Assembly: GCA_026129545.1 (NCBI GenBank)
Contig: JAHCHX010000005.1
Span: 49,502 to 113,501 of the forward strand
DNA length: 64,000 bases
Reading direction: 5' to 3'
Source of the DNA: Saprospiraceae bacterium
Lineage (GTDB): Bacteria > Bacteroidota > Bacteroidia > Chitinophagales > Saprospiraceae
Each line of letters opens with the position of its first letter. Positions within the stretch are counted from its first letter, which is position 1. A program made the position numbers and the translations under genes. The notes beneath the pieces are model-generated. The model saw only the letters and a list, made by a program, of their open reading frames with translations, ran no database searches and was not told the DNA's origin. Shown piece after piece: positions 17,332-26,383 of the stretch.

Positions 17332-18462
17332 TCACAAGCGCACACTTACCTTACTCACCATTTCATTTTTCCATGGAGAGAAAGTGCCGTCAAAGATACG
17401 TCTTCGCGCTTCCCCGACGAGCCAAAGGTAGAAACCCAGGTTTTGAAGCGATGCCAGTTGCATTCCCAAAATTTCTTCATTGATAAATAGGTGTCGCAAA
17501 TAAGCACGAGAATGGGTGCGGCTGGTAGGCACGGGGCTGTTTTTGTCTATCGGAGCGAAGTCTTCCTTCCATTTGGCGTTGCGGATGTTGATTATGCCGT
17601 CGGGAGTGTAAACCATACCATGCCGGGCGTTGCGGGTCGGCAGCACACAGTCGAACATGTCAATGCCTCTTGCGATGCACTCCAAGATGTTTTCCGGCGT
17701 GCCGACACCCATGAGATATCGCGGCTTGTCTTTCGGCAAAATATCGGTCACCAATTCGGTCATGGCATACATTTCCTCAGCAGGCTCACCCACCGAAAGG
17801 CCACCAATCGCATTGCCTTCACACCCGAAAGAGGCAATTGTCTCGGCAGAGATTTTTCTCAAATCAGGATATGTGCTCCCCTGCACGATGGGGAACAATG
17901 TCTGTGCATAACCGTGGAGAGGGTTGGTGTGAGCGAATCTTTCCACACAACGCTCCAACCAGCGGTGGGTCAGGTCAAGCGATTTTTTGGCGTAACGGTA
18001 TCCGCATGGATAAGGCGTGCACTCATCGAAGGCCATCACGATGTCGGCTCCAATGATACGCTGAATATCCATCACGTTCTCTGGCGTGAAAGTATGTTTG
18101 GAGCCATCAATATGGCTTTGAAAGGTGACCCCTTCTTCCTTGATTTTTCTCCGGTGTGCCAAGGAGTACACTTGAAACCCGCCGCTATCGGTCAGGATGG
18201 GGCCGTCCCAGCCATTGAACCGATGTAGGCCCCCTGCCTTTTGCAGCACCTCTAAGCCGGGGCGCAGATAAAGGTGGTAAGTGTTGCCGAGGCAAATTTG
18301 GGCCTTCACATCGGTCGAAAGCTCGTGCTGATGGACAGCTTTCACCGTGCCAGCCGTCCCGACGGGCATAAAAATCGGGGTCTCTATGGTACCATGTTCC
18401 GTGACAAGCAGACCCGCACGAGCACGGGTGTTGGGGTCAGTATGCTGAAGAGAAAAAGTCAT
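17332..18462 (-). CDS. tgt: tRNA-guanine transglycosylase (queuine tRNA-ribosyltransferase)
   Basis: 376 aa with TPIFMPVGT, LTDSGGFQ, GGLSVGE and DMFDCVLPTRNARHG. See the finding on the missing Zn ligands. Confidence 0.95.
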   Translation of the reverse strand: MTFSLQHTDPNTRARAGLLVTEHGTIETPIFMPVGTAGTVKAVHQHELSTDVKAQICLGNTYHLYLRPGLEVLQKAGGLHRFNGWDGPILTDSGGFQVYSLAHRRKIKEEGVTFQSHIDGSKHTFTPENVMDIQRIIGADIVMAFDECTPYPCGYRYAKKSLDLTHRWLERCVERFAHTNPLHGYAQTLFPIVQGSTYPDLRKISAETIASFGCEGNAIGGLSVGEPAEEMYAMTELVTDILPKDKPRYLMGVGTPENILECIARGIDMFDCVLPTRNARHGMVYTPDGIINIRNAKWKEDFAPIDKNSPVPTSRTHSRAYLRHLFINEEILGMQLASLQNLGFYLWLVGEARRRIFDGTFSPWKNEMVSKVSVRL

Positions 18463-18475
18463 GTCGAGGCAGGAG

Positions 18476-18583
18476 TTATACCTTGATTCGCTAGGATTTG
18501 TTAGATGAACATGATTGATGTTCTTGATTTTTAGCAGATTGCGATTGCAGCCATGCCCAAAACCTAACGGCGCGAAGTATAAG
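18476..18583 (+). repeat. MITE-like ~105-bp element, copy B (best-preserved copy)
   Basis: GTTATACCTTGATTCGCTAGGATTTGTTAGATGAACATGATTGATGTTCTTGATTTTTAGCAGATTGCGATTGCAGCCATGCCCAAAACCTAACGGCGCGAAGTATAAG. The ends form an imperfect inverted repeat. Lies 13 nt upstream of the tgt start. Confidence 0.8.
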
Positions 18584-18601
18584 CGAACGGGGGCGGCGGC
18601 T

Positions 18602-19162
18602 TCACGACGCGCTGTCCTTCAGGCGCTTATGGACGCGCCACATTCGCAGGCCAAGGCCCAACAGAAGGAAGCCAAACGCAGCGGCATAGAAGCCAAGCCA
18701 CCACATGATGGAGATTTTGCCGAGCGTTGGGTTCACTATCATCACCACGCCTAATGCGATGGAGACCACCCCTGCCAGCCCCAACAGCCATTCGTTGTCA
18801 ATTTCCTTGCGCAGTTTGATGGCAGTGCCGATTTCAAAAACACCTGTGACGAGCAGCCAAAGCGCCAATATCAACAGCAGGCCGGCGGCTGTAAGCTCGG
18901 GATTGACCAGCGCCACCACGCCCAGCCCCACGCCCAAGGCTCCTTCCAACAATATCGTCCACCAATCATCATCGTGTCCGCGCATACGAAGACCGAGCAC
19001 CACCGCAGTGGCCCCATCCACGAGCAAAAAAACGCCCAACACAAGGATGAGCACCTCGAAGGCGAGCGTGGGATTGGTGAAGGCAACGATGGCAAATAAG
19101 ATAGAGATGATGCCCCTCAAAACGATGAGCCACCAAAATTGGGAAAGACGTTGTAAAAGCAT
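18602..19162 (-). CDS. HdeD/DUF308-family membrane protein
   Basis: 186 aa from ATG 19162. Repeated TM pairs and WWLIVLRGIISILFAIVAFTNP, typical of HdeD-like proteins. Confidence 0.75.
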   Translation of the reverse strand: MLLQRLSQFWWLIVLRGIISILFAIVAFTNPTLAFEVLILVLGVFLLVDGATAVVLGLRMRGHDDDWWTILLEGALGVGLGVVALVNPELTAAGLLLILALWLLVTGVFEIGTAIKLRKEIDNEWLLGLAGVVSIALGVVMIVNPTLGKISIMWWLGFYAAAFGFLLLGLGLRMWRVHKRLKDSAS

Positions 19163-19206
19163 GGCATTGTTTTGTTTTGTTCTTGCGAAAAGCAGGGGAA
19201 AGGTAC

Positions 19207-19929
19207 TCACTTCGCCCAAAGATTGTATTTCAGAATGCAATAAATCGCTCGAAAACCATCCTTGGCTCCGATTTTTTTCCCTTCCGCGTAAGAGCGCCCG
19301 TAGTAGGAAATGCCAACTTCATAGATGCGGATGCCGGGCACGCGGCTCATCTTGGCCGTCACCTCCGGCTCAAACCCAAAGCGCCGTTCTTTCAATTTCA
19401 AACCTTTCAACACATCGGCACGGAAGAGCTTGTAGCAGGTTTCCATATCGGTCAGGTTCAGGTTGGTGAACATATTGGAAATGAAAGTCAGGAACTTGTT
19501 TCCGATGCTATGCCAAAAAAACAAAATGCGATGCGGCCGGCCACCCATGAAACGCGAGCCATATACCACATCGGCATGGCCTTCCAAAATGGGTTTTAGC
19601 AAAATGTTGTACTCGGCAGGGTCGTATTCGAGGTCAGCATCCTGAATGATGATGTATTGACCCGTGGCGTGTTGAATACCAGTGTGCAGCGCGGCGCCCT
19701 TTCCCTTGTTTACTTCATGCTTCAAATATCGAATGTTTAATTGTGGATTTGTCGCCATATAGCGTTGAATGGCGCCTTCCGTGTCGTCTTTGGAACAATC
19801 ATTGGTGATAATAATTTCTTTTTTAATGTCGCCTATTAGTTCCACCGCTCTCACCTTGTCCAAAATAAGGTGAATCGTGCGCTCTTCGTTGTAGGCCGGC
19901 ATGACGATGGAAAGGGTCTCGTTGTTCAT
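19207..19929 (-). CDS. Family 2 glycosyltransferase (polyprenol-phosphate sugar transferase-like)
   Basis: 240 aa from ATG 19929 with LSIVMPAYNEE and the QDADLEYDP (DxD) motif. Confidence 0.88.
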   Translation of the reverse strand: MNNETLSIVMPAYNEERTIHLILDKVRAVELIGDIKKEIIITNDCSKDDTEGAIQRYMATNPQLNIRYLKHEVNKGKGAALHTGIQHATGQYIIIQDADLEYDPAEYNILLKPILEGHADVVYGSRFMGGRPHRILFFWHSIGNKFLTFISNMFTNLNLTDMETCYKLFRADVLKGLKLKERRFGFEPEVTAKMSRVPGIRIYEVGISYYGRSYAEGKKIGAKDGFRAIYCILKYNLWAK

Positions 19930-20144
19930 AAGTTCGGAATAAGTGGAAGCGATTGGGGCGGCGAAGGTACGTTGGGTTTTCAATTTTGATGGGTGATACC
20001 CCCGCCGCAGCAATGCTAAACTTTAACTAAAAATATCCGAAAATCGGAAAACTTTATCCATAAAAGTCTCGTTAGTCCCTTGAAATCAAACACTTAATCC
20101 CTGTTTGCATCGCATTGTAGTAATTAGCAAAACTGTTTTGACTT

Positions 20145-20315
20145 ATGGCACGCCGTACCAACAAACTTCGTAGGCTGTGGCGCAAATCGCCCCGGTTGGC
20201 ATTTGCCTACCTGCGTCGCAAAGTCACTCGTCAAGCCAAGCGCATTCTTCCGGTGGATGAATACAAAAACTGGCTCGGCGAGGAAATGCGTCCCTTTAAT
20301 AGCCTTCGCAACTGA
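20145..20315 (+). CDS. Possible small basic protein (56 aa), not in the ORF track
   Basis: My own translation: MARRTNKLRRLWRKSPRLAFAYLRRKVTRQAKRILPVDEYKNWLGEEMRPFNSLRN. There is no other support. Confidence 0.25.
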   Translation: MARRTNKLRRLWRKSPRLAFAYLRRKVTRQAKRILPVDEYKNWLGEEMRPFNSLRN

Positions 20316-20409
20316 GCGCGTGATTCGCCCGAAGGTTGTTCGTGATTGGCTGATGCGACGCGGTCAGCCGATTGCAATCAACCGCCACGACTGCACGTCG
20401 CTGCAAAAG

Positions 20410-20440
20410 CCCTCCCGCAAGAGAGGGTTTTTTGTTTTTT
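20410..20440 (+). terminator. Weak rho-independent terminator
   Basis: Short stem CCCTC...GAGGG followed by TTTTTTGTTTTTT. Confidence 0.45.
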
Positions 20441-20545
20441 AGGCCACGCGCTCCCCATTTTTTCTGGCAAAACGCCGTGATTTTTCTGTTCGATTCAAAT
20501 ATTTCTACTTTTGGCGCTTCGCGTCAAGACAAACGAATCGAACTT

Positions 20546-22012
20546 ATGAAAGATGCCCGCATTATTCAAAACAAAGAACTTAGTGTCTGGGAGGCTTTGA
20601 TTCCTCTCATCATATTGGTCGGCCTGCTGGCGTACAACGTCACGGTGTATGGCGACGATGCGTTGAGCGGCTCAAACCAGTTTATCCTGCTGATTGGCGG
20701 CGCGGTGGCCGCCATAGTGGGTTTTTTCAACAAAGTTGGGTACAAGCAAATGCTCGACGAGGTCTCCAACAATCTAAAATCAACCACCGAGGCCATTTTG
20801 ATTTTGCTGTTGGTAGGAGCCTTATCAGGCACTTGGCTCGTGAGCGGGGTCATTCCCACGCTGATTTATGGAGGCATCCAGCTGCTCAACCCAGCGATTT
20901 TTTTGCCAGTCACCGTTTTGGTATGTTCGGTCATCTCGATAGCAACCGGAAGTTCTTGGACCACCTCTGCCACGGTGGGCATCGCGCTCATCGGCATCGG
21001 AAAAGCTTTGGGCTTGCCGATGGGCATGGTGGCGGGCGCAGTGTTGTCGGGCGCTTATTTTGGCGACAAGATGTCGCCACTTTCCGACACAACCAACCTC
21101 GCGCCAGCCATGGCGGGTGGCGATTTGTTCTCGCACATCCGCTACATGACCCTTACGACCGTGCCGACCTATATTATCACACTCATCGTGTTCATCGTAT
21201 TGGGGCTGTCTCACAAGGCATCCGGCGTGGCCGATACTTCTGGTATCCTTTCGGCCATTGATTCCGCGTTCAATATCAGCGGCTGGTTGATGCTCGTGCC
21301 ACTTGCTGTCATTGGGTTGATTATGCTCAAAACCAAGCCCGTCATCTCTTTGCTGTTTGGTGCTCTGCTCGGCGGTGTTTTCGCCATCATTTTCCAACCC
21401 GATTTAGTGGCCAAAATAGGTGGCGCAGAGGCGCTTAATTTCAAATCAGCCTATCAAGGCATGATGAATGCCCTCACGAAGAGCACTACCGTGGAGACCA
21501 GCGACCCCTCGTTGAACGATTTGTTTACCGCAGGTGGCATGAATGGGATGTTGGGCACCATTTGGCTTGTCGTCTGTGCGATGGTGTTTGGCGGTGTCAT
21601 GGAAGCCATCGGTGCTTTGGCTCGCATCAGTAGCGCATTGTTGAGTTTGGCCCATTCGGTGTTTGGTTTGTTTGCCAGCACGGCAGCCAGCTGCATTGCG
21701 GTGAACGTGACCGCTTCCGACCAGTATCTGGCTATCGTGGTGCCGGGTAAAATGTTTGCCAAGGCGTACGAAAAAAGGGGGCTTGCTCCCGAGAATCTCA
21801 GCCGGACTTTGGAAGATTCTGGCACTGTCACATCTGTGCTGGTGCCTTGGAACACCTGCGGGGCGTACCAATCGAAAGTGCTGGGCGTGAGCGTGGGAGA
21901 TTATTTTGTCTATGCGGTTTTCAATTATCTCAGCCCGTTCATGACGCTGCTTTTCGCAGCGTTCCAAATCAAGATAAAACAACTGGTTTCCGACGGCGAC
22001 AAGTCGGCTTAG
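20546..22012 (+). CDS. nhaC: Na+/H+ antiporter, NhaC family
   Basis: 488 aa from ATG 20546 (MKDARIIQNKELSVWEALIPLII...). Polytopic membrane protein with NhaC-like sequence throughout. Confidence 0.85.
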   Translation: MKDARIIQNKELSVWEALIPLIILVGLLAYNVTVYGDDALSGSNQFILLIGGAVAAIVGFFNKVGYKQMLDEVSNNLKSTTEAILILLLVGALSGTWLVSGVIPTLIYGGIQLLNPAIFLPVTVLVCSVISIATGSSWTTSATVGIALIGIGKALGLPMGMVAGAVLSGAYFGDKMSPLSDTTNLAPAMAGGDLFSHIRYMTLTTVPTYIITLIVFIVLGLSHKASGVADTSGILSAIDSAFNISGWLMLVPLAVIGLIMLKTKPVISLLFGALLGGVFAIIFQPDLVAKIGGAEALNFKSAYQGMMNALTKSTTVETSDPSLNDLFTAGGMNGMLGTIWLVVCAMVFGGVMEAIGALARISSALLSLAHSVFGLFASTAASCIAVNVTASDQYLAIVVPGKMFAKAYEKRGLAPENLSRTLEDSGTVTSVLVPWNTCGAYQSKVLGVSVGDYFVYAVFNYLSPFMTLLFAAFQIKIKQLVSDGDKSA

Positions 22013-22116
22013 AAACTCAAGGGGCATTTTCTCCAAAACAAGACTGGCTGATTCCTGTTAATTAGCCTCGCTATCGAATGTTTTGCCCCATTGAGTCTTT
22101 TCAACTATTCACAAAC

Positions 22117-23169
22117 ATGAAATACGCCCTTTCGCTCTTTGCAGCCGCTGTTTTGGCACTCGTCTCCTGTGGCAAATCCGACCCAAAACAAGGCAACGGT
22201 GGCGGCCCTTCTGCTCGCAGCGCAAGCCTCAATGTGACCGCCGTCGAAGGCTTCGTGGTGCGGCCCACCCAACTCACCGAATCTGTCACCGCCAGCGGCA
22301 CCCTCATACCTGCCGAAGAAACAGAGCTCCACCCCGAAGCAAGCGGGCGTGTGGTCAGCATCAACCTGCCAGAAGGACGCAGTGTGCGCAAGGGCGATTT
22401 GCTGCTGAAAATCTTCGACGAAGACCTCAAAACGCAACTCCAAAAATTGGAGGTTCAGCTCAAACAGGCTGAAATCACGGAGCAGCGCCTCGGCGACTTG
22501 CTCAAAGTGAAAGGAGTGAGCCAACAAGAATATGACCTCGCCGCCTTACAGGTGCAAACCCTCAAAAGCGAGATGGAACTGGTGCGCATCAACATTCGCA
22601 AAACAGAGTTAAGAGCACCTTACGACGGCATCATTGGCTTGCGCAGAATCAGCCCAGGGGCTTATGTGACACCAGCTAGCCCCATTGCGATTATCCGCGC
22701 CTCAAGCGCCTTGAAACTCGATTTTGCCATTCCCGAAAAATACAGCAACCTACTCCGCCCCAACCAGACGGTCACGTTCACGGTGGGGGGCAATCCCAAA
22801 ACCTATTCGGCCACCGTGCAGGCCACCGAGCAAAGCATCACCGCCGACACGCGCAACCTGCAAGTGCGGGCGCTCGTGCGCGATGGCCGCGACCTTTTGC
22901 CGGGAGCCTTCGCAGAGGTCAATCTTACATTGGGCAACAAAATGCAAGCGTTGCTTATCCCCAATCAGGCAGTCATTCCGCAGGCACGCAACAAGCAAGT
23001 CATTGTGAGCAAGAATGGTCAAGCCAAGTTTGTGGTCGTCAAAACAGGTGTTCGGCAGGCAAGCATGGTCGAGATTACAGAAGGCATTCAGCCAGGCGAC
23101 ACGGTGGCTGTGACGGGGATGCTTTTCCTCCGCCCCGACGCGCCGATAGCCTTTTCAAAAATAGATTGA
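22117..23169 (+). CDS. Efflux RND transporter periplasmic adaptor subunit (MFP/HlyD family)
   Basis: 350 aa from ATG 22117. Lipoprotein signal LALVSCGK, a coiled-coil hairpin, then beta-barrel segments (APYDGIIGLRRISPGAYV). Confidence 0.88.
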   Translation: MKYALSLFAAAVLALVSCGKSDPKQGNGGGPSARSASLNVTAVEGFVVRPTQLTESVTASGTLIPAEETELHPEASGRVVSINLPEGRSVRKGDLLLKIFDEDLKTQLQKLEVQLKQAEITEQRLGDLLKVKGVSQQEYDLAALQVQTLKSEMELVRINIRKTELRAPYDGIIGLRRISPGAYVTPASPIAIIRASSALKLDFAIPEKYSNLLRPNQTVTFTVGGNPKTYSATVQATEQSITADTRNLQVRALVRDGRDLLPGAFAEVNLTLGNKMQALLIPNQAVIPQARNKQVIVSKNGQAKFVVVKTGVRQASMVEITEGIQPGDTVAVTGMLFLRPDAPIAFSKID

Positions 23170-23340
23170 ACTACCTCATTGTCAGTATTTTTTGAAATTT
23201 TAAATGGTGGAAATCACGCCTTTGGGCCAATTTCTACCGATACGTCGCTTACCTGACGATTTATTGGCAAACAGGAAGGGAACATCAGCTGGGAGTTGAC
23301 TACTTTCGCCGAACATTTAAACTTTAAACATCCCTTCCGT

Positions 23341-25710
23341 ATGATTAAATCTATCCTTGCCTTCGCGCTTCAAGTCGCGTGTGTGGCCGTTATATCCGGC
23401 CAATCCCTCTATTACACCGTCAAATTCCCCGACGACTACACCGTGTACGGCTGTGGCGCAGACCCCGGCATCACCTACCCGTACATCGTGCAGTACAGCT
23501 GCAACTTCAATGTCGGCGTGTCGTACCACGACCAAGTGTTCTACACCAACAACACGGGTGGTTGCTACAAAATCCTTCGCACTTGGAAACTCCTGTACTG
23601 GTGCGATTATGACCCCAACTGGCCCGCACCTTATTACATCCCAAATCCAGATAACACTGACATCGGCCCGACGGTGAACGGCAACTCGTACAACCACGGC
23701 TATTTGCAGTACACACAAATCATCAAGGTGCTGGACAACGAGAAGCCCTACTTCCCCGACTGTCCGACGGGCCCGCGCACTTTCTGCGACTTCACGACCA
23801 ACGACCCGACGCAGTACAACAACGGCTACGTGGACCTCTGCGAAGGCCCTGTCAATTTGAAAATTGAAGTAACCGACGACTGCTCTGGCGCCGATATCAA
23901 ACTTTCCTACCGCCTCTTCCTCGATTTGGACGGCAATGGCACCATGGAAACTTTTATCAGCAGCAGCAGCCCGAACGCTTGGCCTATCGAAACGACCATC
24001 TTGGGTGGCGTGAACCTGCAAGGCCAAATCAAATTCCCGCCCGGACACGGCTTCCCCTACGGCACACACAAGATTGAGTGGATTGCTGACGACAAATGCG
24101 GCAACGAAGCCATCTGCAAGTACGAATTTATCGTCACAGACTGCAAGCCGCCCACCCTTGTTTGCTACAACGGCCTCAGCGTGAACATCATGCAGACTGG
24201 CATGATTACTATCTGGGATACCGACTTTATCAAAGACCTCTTCGACAACTGTACGCCTAAGAGTAAAATCAGAACCGGTATTCGCAAAGCTGGTCAAGGC
24301 ACTGGCTTCCCACCGCAAAGCCACTCCGTCACATTTGATTGCAGCGAACTGGGCAAACAATATGTGGAAGTATGGGCTGTGGACGAAAGCGGCGCCATTG
24401 ATTACTGCCTGACCTATATTGATGTGCAGGACAACAGCGGCTCTTGCCCGCCATCCAACAAGTTCACGGGCACCATCACCACCGACGACCTCGACCCCGT
24501 GGCAGGCGCGACGGTCAATCTGAGCAAATTCAACAACGTGATGCTCTCCGTTGTCACCGACGACAAAGGCAAATTCGAGATAAGCCCCATGACGGCCAGC
24601 TGCAATTACAAACTGGCTCCCACTTACAGCGCCGCTACGACAAAAGGCATCAACACCCTCGATGCCTTGCTCGTGGCAGGCCAAATTGACAACGTCAAAT
24701 TGCTCAACTCGCCCTACAAGCTGTTGGCCGCAGATGTGGACAAGTCTGGCAACCTGACGAGCGCCGATATCAACAACATCGTGAAAATGGCTTTGGGCGT
24801 GCAGAGCAGTTTCCCGAACAATGTACCTGCATGGCAGTTCGTACCGAAGAGCCATGTGTTCCCCAACCCGCAGAACCCTTGGTCAGCATCAGTGCCTTCG
24901 TCGCTCACGTTCTGCCTCTCCGGACCTATCAATTTCGACCCGAATTTCATAGCCATCAAGACGGGTGATGTGAATGGCTCCTTCGCCACGGATGACTTGG
25001 GGAGCTCCAACGCGGAAGACCGTGGACTCGGCGTGGAAGGCGCTGTGTTCCAAACAAACGACCAGATATTCTCCTCCGGCAAACAAATCGCGGTGGATAT
25101 CGTCACGCCAGAATTGGCTGGTCTCGCAGCCTTCCAATTCACGTTGGACTACAACCCCGACTATCTTTCTTATGTAGGCTTCGAGTCTGACCTCGTGCCA
25201 GCCGACTTTATCGCTGACCCAGGTGAACACCACCTGACCGCTAGCTGGCACTCCTCCGTCATGCTCGACCCCAATGTGCAAGGCAAAAACATCCGTCTGC
25301 GCGCATTCAGATTGATTTTCAACACGGTGCAAAAAGGCTTGCTGAGCGAAGTGCTTAGCATGAGCTCCGCCGTCACCGATGCCGAGGCATACACGCGCAA
25401 CCTGCAGACCATCCCGGCCTCTCTGGAGTTCCTGCAAGCGCCCGTGAACAAGGCTACGCCTTCGTTCCTGTCCGTGCGTCCCAACCCAATCACCGACCGC
25501 TTCACGGCGGCCTACTATCTGCCCGAAGCGGGTTTTGCCACCTTCACGCTGACGGATGCCACAGGGCAGGTGCTGCAAAGCATCGAGGCTAATCGCGAGC
25601 GCGGCTACAACGAAATCGAAATGGATGTCGCCAACACCAAGCCCGGTATGCTGTTCCTTCGTTTGGAAGGCCCCGGCGGCACCGATGTGCAGAAAGTAAT
25701 GAAGTTTTAA
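23341..25710 (+). CDS. T9SS-secreted multidomain surface protein (Ig/HYR-like, dockerin-like, cohesin-like, Por_Secre_tail)
   Basis: ~789 aa from ATG 23341 (the track start 23296 is a TTG). Signal peptide MIKSILAFALQVACVAVISGQ, dockerin-like DVDKSGNLTSADINNIVKMALG, cohesin-like AAFQFTLDYNPDYLSYVG, C-terminal VRPNPITDRF...MLFLRLEG. Confidence 0.85.
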   Translation: MIKSILAFALQVACVAVISGQSLYYTVKFPDDYTVYGCGADPGITYPYIVQYSCNFNVGVSYHDQVFYTNNTGGCYKILRTWKLLYWCDYDPNWPAPYYIPNPDNTDIGPTVNGNSYNHGYLQYTQIIKVLDNEKPYFPDCPTGPRTFCDFTTNDPTQYNNGYVDLCEGPVNLKIEVTDDCSGADIKLSYRLFLDLDGNGTMETFISSSSPNAWPIETTILGGVNLQGQIKFPPGHGFPYGTHKIEWIADDKCGNEAICKYEFIVTDCKPPTLVCYNGLSVNIMQTGMITIWDTDFIKDLFDNCTPKSKIRTGIRKAGQGTGFPPQSHSVTFDCSELGKQYVEVWAVDESGAIDYCLTYIDVQDNSGSCPPSNKFTGTITTDDLDPVAGATVNLSKFNNVMLSVVTDDKGKFEISPMTASCNYKLAPTYSAATTKGINTLDALLVAGQIDNVKLLNSPYKLLAADVDKSGNLTSADINNIVKMALGVQSSFPNNVPAWQFVPKSHVFPNPQNPWSASVPSSLTFCLSGPINFDPNFIAIKTGDVNGSFATDDLGSSNAEDRGLGVEGAVFQTNDQIFSSGKQIAVDIVTPELAGLAAFQFTLDYNPDYLSYVGFESDLVPADFIADPGEHHLTASWHSSVMLDPNVQGKNIRLRAFRLIFNTVQKGLLSEVLSMSSAVTDAEAYTRNLQTIPASLEFLQAPVNKATPSFLSVRPNPITDRFTAAYYLPEAGFATFTLTDATGQVLQSIEANRERGYNEIEMDVANTKPGMLFLRLEGPGGTDVQKVMKF

Positions 25711-25720
25711 GCAAATAGTT

Positions 25721-25757
25721 GTTGGTCACGAATCGTATTCTGGCCAACGGCTTTTTT
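25721..25757 (+). terminator. Rho-independent terminator
   Basis: Stem GTTGGTCA / TGGCCAAC (one mismatch) followed by GGCTTTTTT. A second hairpin with a 14-bp stem lies at 25767-25816. Confidence 0.55.
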
Positions 25758-26001
25758 GAAGAATCGAGAGCCAAGAACACAAAGGTTTCCATACGGAGGC
25801 CAGTGTTCTTGGCTCTTTCTTTTGAAGTGGCATATAGCAGCGGCCATAATAGAGCTTCAATCCCTCATTCGCATTTAAAACAAATTGAGGTATGTTTGCT
25901 GCGGCTTTGCGAATTGTCAACAGCTGTCCCGCAAGGCTGAGTTTCGACAGGATTGACGGATTACTTTCATAAACTTAAACCTTCCTCATTCGCGCCTATT
26001 C

Positions 26002-26364
26002 ATGCTGAACATTGAAAAAACAATTCCTCTTGTCCGCATTTTCGACGAATCGAAAGCACGCGAATACTACTGTGATTGGCTGGGGTTTCGGATAGACTGG
26101 GAACACCGATTCGAGGAAGGCATGCCGATATATATGCAGGTCTCGCTCGGCAATTTGACCTTGCATCTCAGCGAACACGTCGGGGATTGCACACCCGGCG
26201 GAAAGGTTTTTTTGCGATGCACAGGGCTGCGCGAATGGCACCAAGATTTGGTGGGAAAAAATTACAAATACTATCGCCCTAGCATAGAGGATGCTTTTTG
26301 GGGCGGGATTTGTATGGGATTGACAGACCCGTTCGGAAACAAGTTGTTGTTCAGCGAGGAATAG
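26002..26364 (+). CDS. Glyoxalase/bleomycin-resistance (VOC) superfamily protein
   Basis: 120 aa. IPLVRIFDESKAREYYCDWLGF...LHLSEHVGD...DPFGNKLLF resembles small bleomycin-resistance-type VOC proteins. Confidence 0.8.
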   Translation: MLNIEKTIPLVRIFDESKAREYYCDWLGFRIDWEHRFEEGMPIYMQVSLGNLTLHLSEHVGDCTPGGKVFLRCTGLREWHQDLVGKNYKYYRPSIEDAFWGGICMGLTDPFGNKLLFSEE

Positions 26365-26383
26365 GAATCGTCAAACAAGACCG

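Noticed and set aside
20203-20442. 79-aa ORF whose tail (…VIRPKVVRDWLMRRGQPIAI…) might continue the small basic ORF 20145-20315 after a frameshift.
   Set aside because: Its end is simply the translation of the terminator hairpin and T-run, and no family was recognised. The evidence for a frameshifted gene is insufficient.
23317-24855. Very long ORFs antisense to, or out of frame with, confident genes. Examples: 23317-24855, 7570-8457, 31234-32157, 37117-38433, 37280-38404, 42428-43648, 48210-49355, 52394-53431, 61576-62427.
   Set aside because: The GC-rich DNA has few stop codons in off-frames. The products are Arg/Gly/Ala/Val-rich with no motifs. The overlapping frame in each case has clear family motifs.
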